This document shows, piece by piece, positions 46,337 through 55,456 of a stretch of DNA of 64,000 nucleotides. The position numbers were made by a program, and so were the translations under genes. The notes beneath the pieces were generated by a model. The model was given only the letters and a program-made list of their open reading frames with translations, had not been told where the DNA came from and searched no databases. Origin of the DNA: Clostridiales bacterium (GTDB taxonomy: Bacteria; Bacillota; Clostridia; Christensenellales; CAG-138); the NCBI GenBank assembly GCA_918244965.1, contig CAKJYC010000016.1:8526-72525 (forward strand), written 5' to 3'. Every line of letters begins with the position of its first letter. Within the stretch, counting starts at the first letter, position 1.

Positions 46337-47077
46337 ATGAAGATCGCGATCATCGGCGGTACCAATATCGAGAAGCTCCCGATCCGTTACCGGGAGCAGG
46401 CTGTTTCCACCCCCTACGGCGACGTTGTTGTGTTTCGCGGCACGCTCAAGGAGGGCAACGAGGTCATCTTCCTGTCCCGTCACGGCGTTTTGTACGCACA
46501 CGATCCGGGCGACATCAATTACCGTGCCAACGTCTTTGCCCTGCACCAGATCGGCGTCACCCATGCGATCAGCGTCACGTCCGTCGGTGCTTGCGACTAT
46601 TCCCTGCGGCCCGGCGAATACTGCCTGATCAATGACTTTATGGACTTCACGAAGGGCCGCGCGTCCTCATTCGAACGCGAACACCGCGCCACGCTGCACA
46701 CCGGCATGGAGAACGTCTTCAGCGATACGCTGAACAGCACGCTGGAGGAACTGATCCGTCAGCTCGGCCTGCCCTATTCCGGCCGCGCAACTTACGCCTG
46801 CACGGAGGGTCCGCGCTTTGAGACGGCGGCGGAGATTCGCGCGCTGCGCACGCTCGGCGCACAGGTCGTCGGCCAGACGGTCGTCCCGGAAGCGCCGCTG
46901 TGCCGTGATCTCGGCATCGAATATGCCGCACTGGGCCTCATCACCAACTACTGCACCGGCATGACCGGCGTCGTTACCGACGTCGTGATCGAGCACGTCA
47001 TGGACGAAAACCGCGAGGACATCTTCCGGCTGTGCTTCGATCTGATTCGCCGCATGACGACATACGCCCAAGACTGA
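46337..47077 (+). CDS. mtnP: S-methyl-5'-thioadenosine phosphorylase / purine nucleoside phosphorylase family
   Basis: MKIAIIGGT...FLSRHG...INYRANVFAL...SVTSVGA...TEGPRFETAAE match the MTAP family. The start could instead be the ATG at 46319. Confidence 0.8.
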   Translation: MKIAIIGGTNIEKLPIRYREQAVSTPYGDVVVFRGTLKEGNEVIFLSRHGVLYAHDPGDINYRANVFALHQIGVTHAISVTSVGACDYSLRPGEYCLINDFMDFTKGRASSFEREHRATLHTGMENVFSDTLNSTLEELIRQLGLPYSGRATYACTEGPRFETAAEIRALRTLGAQVVGQTVVPEAPLCRDLGIEYAALGLITNYCTGMTGVVTDVVIEHVMDENREDIFRLCFDLIRRMTTYAQD

Positions 47078-47093
47078 ATCATTGAAATAAATT

Positions 47094-47136
47094 ATTGTCA
47101 GAAGCTATTGACAATCCAATCCTTCCATGTTATTAT
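47094..47136 (+). promoter_or_regulatory. Promoter with an overlapping inverted-repeat operator upstream of the small peptide gene
   Basis: TTGACA (47108-47113), 17-nt spacer, TATTAT (47131-47136). Inverted repeat ATTGTCA (47094-47100) N8 TGACAAT (47109-47115) overlaps the -35. The region is distinctly AT-rich. Confidence 0.55.
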
Positions 47137-47199
47137 TGCTATGATTGAAAGGGTAAAAAGCCTTAAAGTTTTATTCGGGAGATAAGGAGAATTCAACTG

Positions 47200-47301
47200 A
47201 TGGAACAATATGAAAAGCCGAGCATGGAAATCATTGAATTGACGAACAGCGACATTATTACCGAATCGTGTGATGCTCGTATGCCGGAAGTTGGAGGTTG
47301 A
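47200..47301 (+). CDS. 33-aa candidate RiPP precursor peptide
   Basis: Not in the ORF track (under 60 aa). Manual translation: MEQYEKPSMEIIELTNSDIITESCDARMPEVGG. AAGGAGA RBS 9 nt upstream. It sits directly upstream of a radical-SAM/SPASM enzyme and a PqqD-like protein. It has an acidic leader-like N-terminus and a single Cys near the C-terminus. Confidence 0.6.
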   Translation: MEQYEKPSMEIIELTNSDIITESCDARMPEVGG

Positions 47302-47335
47302 CAGTCAACGATTGACTGACATTCAGACTTTTTTT

Positions 47336-47361
47336 GCGGTATGCGTTTTTGCGCATACCGC
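47336..47361 (+). promoter_or_regulatory. Intercistronic hairpin between the peptide gene and the maturase gene
   Basis: 10-bp stem GCGGTATGCG/CGCATACCGC, preceded by a T7 run (47329-47335) and a smaller hairpin CAGTCAAcgaTTGACTG (47302-47318), and followed by pyrimidine-rich ACTTCTTTCC. Confidence 0.5.
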
Positions 47362-47381
47362 ACTTCTTTCCTGAGGCGTTT

Positions 47382-48704
47382 ATGCACGTGATCCACCCCG
47401 CGGACCAAAACGTTCGCCGACTTTTGCCGCACGTCAAGCTGCAGGCGGGCATGCGCTGCGTCCCGTCGCAGTATGCCCTGCCCTTTTCGCACGACGGCAG
47501 ACTATATCTTTTTCACACCTTGACGAAGGAATGCGTCGAGGCGGTCCTTCCCGCGTCCGCTGTGCCGGGCGAGGGCTTTGACGAGCTGATCGAAGCGCGC
47601 TTTCTGGTGCCGGAGGGCACGGACGAATGCGCGCTCTATCTGTCCGTTTCGCAGATGCTCCGCGCCTTTTCCGCGCCGAAGGGCGTTCCGTCCTACCTGA
47701 TCCTGCCGACGCTGGCCTGCAACGCGCGCTGCACCTACTGCTATGAAGAGGGACGCACGCCCGTGACAATGACGCCGGAGGTTGCAGATCAGGTCGTACA
47801 ATATATCGTGAAAACGCACGGCAAGCCGCCCGTCAAGCTCGATTGGTACGGCGGCGAGCCGCTGCTCTGCGAAGGGATCATCGACCGCATCTGCGAAGGG
47901 CTAAAGGATGCGGGGATCGAATTCCGGTCCAAGATCGTTTCCAACGGCAGTCTGATCACGCCGCGCATTCTCGAAAAGATGCGGACCGATTGGAATCTCA
48001 AATCCATTCAGATCCCCATGGACGGCGCTGAGCCGGACTACATTGCGCGCAAGCGGTACTGTCGGGAAGCGGATCACTATCATGCCGTGCTGAACGCGAT
48101 CGACCGCATGTCCGAGGCAGGCATCCATGTCGCCGTGCGCTGCAACGTGGATCAGAACAACATTGCAGGCGTTCCGGATTTTCTGAACGACCTTTCACGC
48201 TGCATCACGCACAGGGAAAACGTGTTTGTGTATCTGAGCCCGCTCTATTATGCGGATACGCTCGATCACGATCTTGAGATCTGGCAGCAGATGATCGCGC
48301 TGCGCGAGCCGATCGAACAGGCGGGCTTTCAGCGGCTTCCGTATAAGGGCTTGCACATGCAGTTTCGCACCAACTACTGCATGGCGGACGGCGGCGGCGT
48401 CGCGATCGGTCCCGACGGCGGTCTGTTCCCGTGCGACGGCTGCCCGGAGGAGGCCCGGTTCGGCAATGTATTCGACGGCGTGACCGACGCGGAGGCAAAA
48501 AAACGCTTCTGCCGCACGGACCGCGTGCGGGAGATGTGCCGCAAGTGTCCGTTTTTACCGGAATGCACGAGCTTTTCTTCGTGCCCATGGCGCGCACCGC
48601 ATTGCCGTGAGGTACGCACGCTTCTTGCGCAGGACGACCTGTGCCGCATGATCGACAAACAAACCGCGTCCGAACCGGCGGAGTCCGCGTTTTCGAACTG
48701 CTGA
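47382..48704 (+). CDS. Radical SAM / SPASM-domain peptide-modifying enzyme
   Basis: CNARCTYC (Cx3Cx2C) radical-SAM cluster motif. The C-terminal SPASM-type Cys pattern is CMADGGGVAIGPDGGLFPC...CRKCPFLPEC...C. A roughly 110-aa N-terminal domain (LYLFHTLTKECVEAV...ARFLVPEGTDE) resembles peptide-recognition domains of sacti/ranthipeptide synthases. ATG at 47382 is chosen because the TTG at 47334 lies inside the hairpin. Confidence 0.8.
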   Translation: MHVIHPADQNVRRLLPHVKLQAGMRCVPSQYALPFSHDGRLYLFHTLTKECVEAVLPASAVPGEGFDELIEARFLVPEGTDECALYLSVSQMLRAFSAPKGVPSYLILPTLACNARCTYCYEEGRTPVTMTPEVADQVVQYIVKTHGKPPVKLDWYGGEPLLCEGIIDRICEGLKDAGIEFRSKIVSNGSLITPRILEKMRTDWNLKSIQIPMDGAEPDYIARKRYCREADHYHAVLNAIDRMSEAGIHVAVRCNVDQNNIAGVPDFLNDLSRCITHRENVFVYLSPLYYADTLDHDLEIWQQMIALREPIEQAGFQRLPYKGLHMQFRTNYCMADGGGVAIGPDGGLFPCDGCPEEARFGNVFDGVTDAEAKKRFCRTDRVREMCRKCPFLPECTSFSSCPWRAPHCREVRTLLAQDDLCRMIDKQTASEPAESAFSNC

Positions 48705-48716
48705 GGAGGAATAAAA

Positions 48717-48977
48717 ATGAAGCTCAAAGATCAACTTCTGGTCCATACGATCGACGATACGCAGTTTTTAGTGCCGCTCGGCGGAGAGGCGTTTTCCGGG
48801 ATCGTGCGCAGCAACAAGACTGCCGCGTTCATCGTGGATTGTCTCAAGGAGGATACCTCGGAGGATGCGATCGTCGACGCAATGTGCAGTCGTTACAATG
48901 CCCCGCGCGCAGTCATTGCGGACGACGTGCACGAGATCCTGAAAATGCTCCGACGCATTGATGCAATAGAAGAATAA
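48717..48977 (+). CDS. PqqD-family peptide chaperone (RRE-like)
   Basis: 86 aa, GAGGAGG RBS. The size and pattern (TQFLVPLGGEAFSGIVRSNKTAAFIVDCL...SEDAIVDAM...YNAP...DVHEILKML) fit PqqD/MftB-type small proteins. Confidence 0.65.
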   Translation: MKLKDQLLVHTIDDTQFLVPLGGEAFSGIVRSNKTAAFIVDCLKEDTSEDAIVDAMCSRYNAPRAVIADDVHEILKMLRRIDAIEE

Positions 48978-48987
48978 CACGTGTATG

Positions 48988-49025
48988 CAAAACCCGGCCT
49001 TCCGTTCGGAAGACCGGGTTTTTCT
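48988..49025. terminator. Bidirectional terminator
   Basis: AAAACCCGG-CTTCC/GGAAG-CCGGGTTTTT stem-loop between convergent genes. Confidence 0.75.
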
Positions 49026-49034
49026 GTGTGTTGA

Positions 49035-50627
49035 TTACAGGATCTTCAAAGACTGCTGCTTGCCGTCGAGCGTCCAGCGAAGCGTAAGGCCGTCGTCGGC
49101 GTCAACCGAGACGTCGGTCGCGTTCTCCGTGAGGCTGCGGACATGCGCAAACTGGTTCTTCTGCGCATCGGTGTAGGTATTCAGCGCGTCCGAGGTCAAA
49201 AGCATGCCGCCGAGCAGCGCATTGACCGTGTAGAGCTTCTCCTTCTCCTCCGGCGTCAGCTGACAGTTCTGCTCGCGCAGGAAGAACACGTCCGGATCGC
49301 CCATGAACGCGCGGCCGGTGAGCTGGCGGCGGAAGGTCGTGTCCTCGATGGACTGCTTGGTGGAGACGCGCTCGCGGTGCGTGATCTGCATCAGCTTCGA
49401 GCCGTTCCAGTCGAGCCCGACGTCGCAGCCCACACGGCAGTATTCGACGACGCCGAACGCAGGCCACAGCGGCACGCCGCAGCCTAAGATCAGCTTGCCG
49501 CGGCACGCCTTGCGGAGAATGTTCATCGCGCGGCACATGCGCGCGGCTCTCGATTCGGTCTCGCTGCCGAACGGCGCGGCGCCGTACAAAAAGTCGAGCT
49601 TGACGAGATCGAAGCCCCATTCGTTCAACACGCGGTCGAGCACCTTGTTGACATACGCAACGACCTCCGGATTGTCGATGTCGAGCGAATAGAAGCCGCC
49701 CCAGTTCGAGCCGTCCGACCACGGCTTTCCGTCATGCTTGTACAGCCAGTCCGGATGCTCCTCCATGATCTTCGAGCCCTTCTGGCACACGAACGGCGCA
49801 AGCCAGAGCCCTGCGCGGAAGCCCGCCGCATGGATCGCATCGGCCGCGGTCTTGAGCCCGTTCGGGAACTTGTTCGCGTCCGGCACGAGCCAGTCGCCGA
49901 CCGCCGTCTCCCAGCCGTCGTCGATCTGGAACAGATCATCGGGCCGCAGCAGCGCTTTTGCGCCGACGAGGTCATCGGTGATCGTCGCGTCGTTGATGTC
50001 CTGATAGCGGTTGTACCAGCTCGAATAGCCGAACAGCTTCCGATCGGTCAGCGGACGCACGTCCATTGCGGCAAACCAGCCGTCAAAGACCTCCTGCTCC
50101 GTGCCCTCGGCGATATAGAGGTCGAACGCGTGGAACTCGCCGTCGGCCTTCATGCCGACGCAGTCGCGCTCGATCAAAAGCTCTCCCTTGTTCGCGTCGT
50201 ACTGAAACAGCGTGTAGCCGGGGATCTCATCGAGCGAACCGAACAGCAGAAACTGCTTGCCCGTGCGCAGGTAGCACCAGGACTCGCCGTGCGTGATGCC
50301 CTTCTTGTAGGGATAGTTGACAAAGTGATAATCGCCGTAGCGGTTGATCCCGAACGCCCCGCGCAAAAAGCACGGCAAGTGCTTCATGCCCTTCGTGCGG
50401 CCGGTCCGGTCGTATTCGGGGCTGTACGTCCAATTCTGAAAGCCGTTGTGGAAAATGCGCATTGCGTCCGTCGCAGGCAGCGCAACCGTCGCCGTGACCT
50501 TTTTCAGCCGCGCGTTTTTCAGCGGTACGCGCACATGCACGACGCCGTTCGCAGCGACGCTGCCGGTGATCGGCGCGCCGTTTTCCGTTTCCACGCAGTA
50601 GCGCAGCATCCGTTCCGTGTTTGCCAT
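49035..50627 (-). CDS. Alpha-galactosidase-like glycoside hydrolase (GH36/clan D type)
   Basis: 530 aa. FQIDDGWE, VKLDFLY and GCDVG motifs resemble the catalytic core of the GH36 subgroup. Confidence 0.6.
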   Translation of the reverse strand: MANTERMLRYCVETENGAPITGSVAANGVVHVRVPLKNARLKKVTATVALPATDAMRIFHNGFQNWTYSPEYDRTGRTKGMKHLPCFLRGAFGINRYGDYHFVNYPYKKGITHGESWCYLRTGKQFLLFGSLDEIPGYTLFQYDANKGELLIERDCVGMKADGEFHAFDLYIAEGTEQEVFDGWFAAMDVRPLTDRKLFGYSSWYNRYQDINDATITDDLVGAKALLRPDDLFQIDDGWETAVGDWLVPDANKFPNGLKTAADAIHAAGFRAGLWLAPFVCQKGSKIMEEHPDWLYKHDGKPWSDGSNWGGFYSLDIDNPEVVAYVNKVLDRVLNEWGFDLVKLDFLYGAAPFGSETESRAARMCRAMNILRKACRGKLILGCGVPLWPAFGVVEYCRVGCDVGLDWNGSKLMQITHRERVSTKQSIEDTTFRRQLTGRAFMGDPDVFFLREQNCQLTPEEKEKLYTVNALLGGMLLTSDALNTYTDAQKNQFAHVRSLTENATDVSVDADDGLTLRWTLDGKQQSLKIL

Positions 50628-50628
50628 G

Positions 50629-53016
50629 TTATTCTCCCTCCCGAATGGTAAATGATATCGTAACCGGAGCCGTTTGGTCCGTGGATACCGTCAGCGTGCC
50701 CCTGCCGCCGTGCCCGACGGTTCTGACATACGCGCCGGTCATGCCGCCCTCGGCGGTCGAAACGTCGGGGCCTTCGAGCGCAAGATCGCCCGCGACCGCA
50801 AAGCGGACCGGCAGCTGCGCATACGGCGCAAGGTTGTTGTTCGCGTCGAGCACGCGCACGCGCACCGCCGCCATATCGTAGCAATCGCCTTCCGTGAGCT
50901 CTGTTTCGCTGACCCGGACCTCTAAATGCAGCTTCTTGTTCGGGCAGCAGACGACGGACGCCGTGACCTCCTCGCCGTCAATCGCGTCAAACCGCCATTC
51001 GGTCGCCGCGCCGCCCCAGTTGCCGACGTACTTGCCGTAGAGCTGTTCGCCGTCGGCCCAGCTCAGATGGTACCGTTTCATGCAGTACAGCATGCGCAGC
51101 TTATCGGCAAGCGGCAGCTTTTCAAGCCCGTATTTGCCTGCGGCCAACAGCTCCCGGTGCAAAAGCTGCTCCTTCTTGCCCGTGATGCCTTCCTCGCTGA
51201 TCAGAAGCTGACCGATCAGGTCGTCGATCTTCACCGGCGGATGGTCGAGACCCTTCCACGGCTCCGGCTTGAAGATCTTCACGAGCTTGTCGTTTTTATA
51301 GAGCGCGACACGGTCGGCGTTCGTGAACGCCCATATCTCGCCGATCTCGCCCGCCGGATAGTCGCCGATGCACATCGGCGTGCCGAGCGCCAGCACCGGC
51401 CGATTCTCGCCCTGCGCGGCATAGACGTACGCGGCGAGCTTCGGGTTGCGGAACGCGTCCATGACGCCGTGGTAGCAAACGCGATCGCCAGATCCGAAGT
51501 CCTTGTGTGTCGGATAGTCGAACATGCACCAGCCGAACACGCCCGCGTGCTCGCCGGAGGCAGCCGCCGCGTCAACCGTGCGCGCGTGGCGCAGTGCATG
51601 CATCTGCCGCTTGCTCCACGGATCGAAGGGCTTTGTCGGGAACATGTGGCCCGAATGCTCGGAGATCAAAAAGCCCTTTTCGGGATCGGTCGTGATCTTT
51701 CCCTTTTTGCGGATCGGATCGTCGAACTCGAATGGCTTGAAATCGTTGTAGGCGTAGACGTCCTCCAGGAGGTGGCTCTTCACAAGGTAGCGTACGCCGG
51801 ACGTCTGCCGCGAAGGATCGAGCAGATGCGCAAGCTTGTTCGTCTGTTCATACAGCGCGTCGTTGTCGCGGCTCTCGTTGATGCGCACGCCCCACAGCAC
51901 GACCGACGGGTGGTTGCGATACTGGATCACCATCTCGCGCACGTTGTCGATCGCCTGCTTCTGCCACTCCTCGCCGCCGATGTGCTGCCAGCCGGGGATC
52001 TCGGTGAACACCAAAAGCCCCAGTTCGTCGCACGCATCGATAAAATACTGGCTCTGCGGATAGTGCGAGGTGCGCACGGCATTGCAGCAAAGCTCCTCTC
52101 TGAGAATGCGTGCGTCCTCGCGCTGCAGACTTTCGGGCGCGGCATAGCCGATATACGGGTACGCCTGATGGCGGTCGAGCCCGCGCATGAAGTACCGCTT
52201 GCCGTTCAGGTAGAAACCGTCCTTTTGAAACAAAGCGGTCCGGAAGCCGAAGCGCGTGTTCACGACGTCCAGCGGCTGCATCTCGCTGTCGTACAGCGTC
52301 GTTTCGAGCGTATACAGTACGGGCTGCTCCGGCGTCCACGGCAGGGCATCCGGCGCGTGCACGGTCATGGTCCGGACGGTCAGCCCCTCCGGCGCCTCTA
52401 TGACGTGATCGGAATCCGCGTCGGCGTTTTGCGCGATGCACTTGCCTGCCGCGTCCAGAATGCGGTTGCGGACAAGCGCCGCCTCGCCGCCGGACACGGT
52501 GCTCTGCACGGTCGCCGTATGCAGGTCCGGCGTATGCACAAAGACGTTCGCAAGGCAGGTCGTGCTGCGCACGTCGAGCCATACGTCGCGATACAGGCCG
52601 CCGTAGGTCAGATAGTCGATGACGTAGCCGAACGGCGGCACGGACGGGTTTTCGGTCGAATCGAGCCGCACGGCGACGAGATCGCTGCCGTCGAGCCGCA
52701 CCGCATCGGTGATCTCCACACGAAACGCCGTGTAGCCGGTCCTGTGCGTCATCAGCTCCTTGCCGTTTACAAACACTGTCGCAATGTGCGCCGCGCCGTC
52801 GAACTGCAGAAAGATACGCTTGCCGCGCTGCGTTTCGTCGAGCGGAAGCGTCCTGCGGTAGCCGTACACGCCCTCGTATTCCTCCGGACCCGCATAGTGC
52901 TGCGGGATCGGCCGCGGATTGTGCGGCAGCCGCACCGGCTCGCCTTCGCCCTCGCCGAGGCGGAACGCGTTCGTCCAAAGCGGTGTAAACTCCCAACCGT
53001 TGCTGAGCTTTTTCAT
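50629..53016 (-). CDS. Glycoside hydrolase family 2 (beta-galactosidase-like)
   Basis: 795 aa. NAVRTSHYPQSQYFIDACDELGLLVFTEIPGWQ and WGVRINESRD are GH2 TIM-barrel signatures. Confidence 0.8.
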   Translation of the reverse strand: MKKLSNGWEFTPLWTNAFRLGEGEGEPVRLPHNPRPIPQHYAGPEEYEGVYGYRRTLPLDETQRGKRIFLQFDGAAHIATVFVNGKELMTHRTGYTAFRVEITDAVRLDGSDLVAVRLDSTENPSVPPFGYVIDYLTYGGLYRDVWLDVRSTTCLANVFVHTPDLHTATVQSTVSGGEAALVRNRILDAAGKCIAQNADADSDHVIEAPEGLTVRTMTVHAPDALPWTPEQPVLYTLETTLYDSEMQPLDVVNTRFGFRTALFQKDGFYLNGKRYFMRGLDRHQAYPYIGYAAPESLQREDARILREELCCNAVRTSHYPQSQYFIDACDELGLLVFTEIPGWQHIGGEEWQKQAIDNVREMVIQYRNHPSVVLWGVRINESRDNDALYEQTNKLAHLLDPSRQTSGVRYLVKSHLLEDVYAYNDFKPFEFDDPIRKKGKITTDPEKGFLISEHSGHMFPTKPFDPWSKRQMHALRHARTVDAAAASGEHAGVFGWCMFDYPTHKDFGSGDRVCYHGVMDAFRNPKLAAYVYAAQGENRPVLALGTPMCIGDYPAGEIGEIWAFTNADRVALYKNDKLVKIFKPEPWKGLDHPPVKIDDLIGQLLISEEGITGKKEQLLHRELLAAGKYGLEKLPLADKLRMLYCMKRYHLSWADGEQLYGKYVGNWGGAATEWRFDAIDGEEVTASVVCCPNKKLHLEVRVSETELTEGDCYDMAAVRVRVLDANNNLAPYAQLPVRFAVAGDLALEGPDVSTAEGGMTGAYVRTVGHGGRGTLTVSTDQTAPVTISFTIREGE

Positions 53017-53085
53017 CTACCCGACCTCCGTATACTCTGTCAGTTTATTGTACCATGGATTCCGCTCCGAAACAAGGCGGAATGT

Positions 53086-53118
53086 GCAAAAAAGCGGACG
53101 GGAAACCGTCCGCTTTTG
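53086..53118 (-). terminator. Rho-independent terminator after the ABC ATPase gene
   Basis: GCGGACGG/CCGTCCGC stem. The minus strand continues with TTTTTT. A TGgTACAAT -10-like element follows, ahead of the GH2 gene. Confidence 0.7.
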
Positions 53119-53148
53119 CATGCTGCAGGATCCCTGCAGCCGGATTGA

Positions 53149-54282
<1,134 letters not shown>

Positions 54283-54319
54283 ATCGGTGTACTCCTTTTC
54301 TTCACGTTAGAGTTCGGGC

Positions 54320-55456
54320 TTAACCCTTGACCGCGCCGCCCGTGACGCCTTCCACATAGTATCTCTGCAGGCACATGAACAGGATCACGACCGGGATCGC
54401 AACGACGACGCCGCCCGTACAGAACATGGTGTAGTTCTGGCTGATATTCGTCGAGGTTGAGAGCCAGGATTGGAGACCGACTGCCACGTTCCATGCCTCC
54501 GGCGTAATACCGGTGACGTATCTTGCGAATACGAAGTCGCCCCAAGGGCCCATAAACGCAGTCAGAACCGTGTAGATGACGATCGGCTTTGCCAGCGGCA
54601 GGATGATCCGGAAGAAGACGCCCGCTCTGGTCGCGCCGTCGACGCGCGCCGCTTCGTCCAGCGATTTCGGGATCGTATCGAAGAAGCCCTTCGATACGTA
54701 GTAGCCCATGCCGGACGACGCCACGTAGACGAGGATCAGGCCAGGCATTGCGTTCGCACCTGCAAGTCCGATATCCTTCAAAACCTGATACAGGATGATC
54801 ATGGAGAGCATGCCGGGGAACATGCCGAGGATCAGCATGAACCGCATCATCGGCTTACGCATCTTGAAGCGGAAGCGCGACAGCGTGTAGGACATGCACA
54901 GCACGATGACTGTCTGTACCACCGCCACAACGACGGCGATGATGAAGGTGTTGAGATACCATTTCGGGAACTGCGTCTCGGTGAACAGTCTCACATAGTT
55001 GTCAAATCCGAACTTGATCGCCAGACCTTCCTTCAAGGCGGCGTCCGGGTTCGAGAACAGATAACGTGTCATACCGGTCGGCTGCACACGGAAGGACTGT
55101 ACGACGATGCAGAAGAACGGAACCAGCCAGATGATGCTGACGAGGATCAGGACCACATAGATGACCGTGTTGCTGATTCTGGACATCGTCTTCATGCCCA
55201 TGTGCTGCTTCATCCCGTCGCCTTCCTGCAATTCCTTGCCCTGCTTGTAGGTGCTGCGGGCAATGAACAGCGCAATGATGCCGATGAAGATACCGAGCAG
55301 GCCGAGAAGGATGAAGATGAAGTTGTCCGTCATGTACTTGTGTTGGAAGCTCCACATCGGCACGAACCGATTGACAAACAGGAAGATGCCGCCGCACGTA
55401 ATGATCACGCCTACAGCCAGCAGAATGATTGCTGCAATCTTATTCTTGTTTTTCAT
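54320..55456 (-). CDS. Sugar ABC transporter permease (MalG/GanQ-like) with N-terminal extension
   Basis: 378 aa. EAA-type loop FDTIPKSLDEAARVDGA. About 90 extra N-terminal residues with two TM helices. Confidence 0.85.
   Translation of the reverse strand: MKNKNKIAAIILLAVGVIITCGGIFLFVNRFVPMWSFQHKYMTDNFIFILLGLLGIFIGIIALFIARSTYKQGKELQEGDGMKQHMGMKTMSRISNTVIYVVLILVSIIWLVPFFCIVVQSFRVQPTGMTRYLFSNPDAALKEGLAIKFGFDNYVRLFTETQFPKWYLNTFIIAVVVAVVQTVIVLCMSYTLSRFRFKMRKPMMRFMLILGMFPGMLSMIILYQVLKDIGLAGANAMPGLILVYVASSGMGYYVSKGFFDTIPKSLDEAARVDGATRAGVFFRIILPLAKPIVIYTVLTAFMGPWGDFVFARYVTGITPEAWNVAVGLQSWLSTSTNISQNYTMFCTGGVVVAIPVVILFMCLQRYYVEGVTGGAVKG

Noticed and set aside
47293-47301. The terminal Gly-Gly of the 33-aa peptide as a double-glycine leader cleavage site, which would imply that the real core lies downstream.
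   Set aside because: A TGA stop follows immediately and the downstream sequence forms hairpins rather than coding sequence. No C39 peptidase/ABC exporter is present. The GG is therefore treated as the C-terminus of the peptide.
47078-47330. The AT-rich island around the small peptide gene as the edge of a mobile element or horizontally acquired island.
   Set aside because: There are no integrase or transposase genes, tRNA target or flanking direct repeats. Similar AT-rich stretches occur at other promoter-bearing spacers (about 6258-6325, 33000-33110, 59830-60160, 63180-63285), so this looks like normal intergenic composition.
53123-53139. CTGCAGGATCCCTGCAG, which reads like a PstI-BamHI-PstI polylinker and so raised the question of vector contamination.
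   Set aside because: It is a simple 7-bp-stem hairpin (CTGCAGG/CCTGCAG) in an intergenic spacer next to a normal terminator. The flanking sequence is continuous native-looking operon sequence and contains no vector features.
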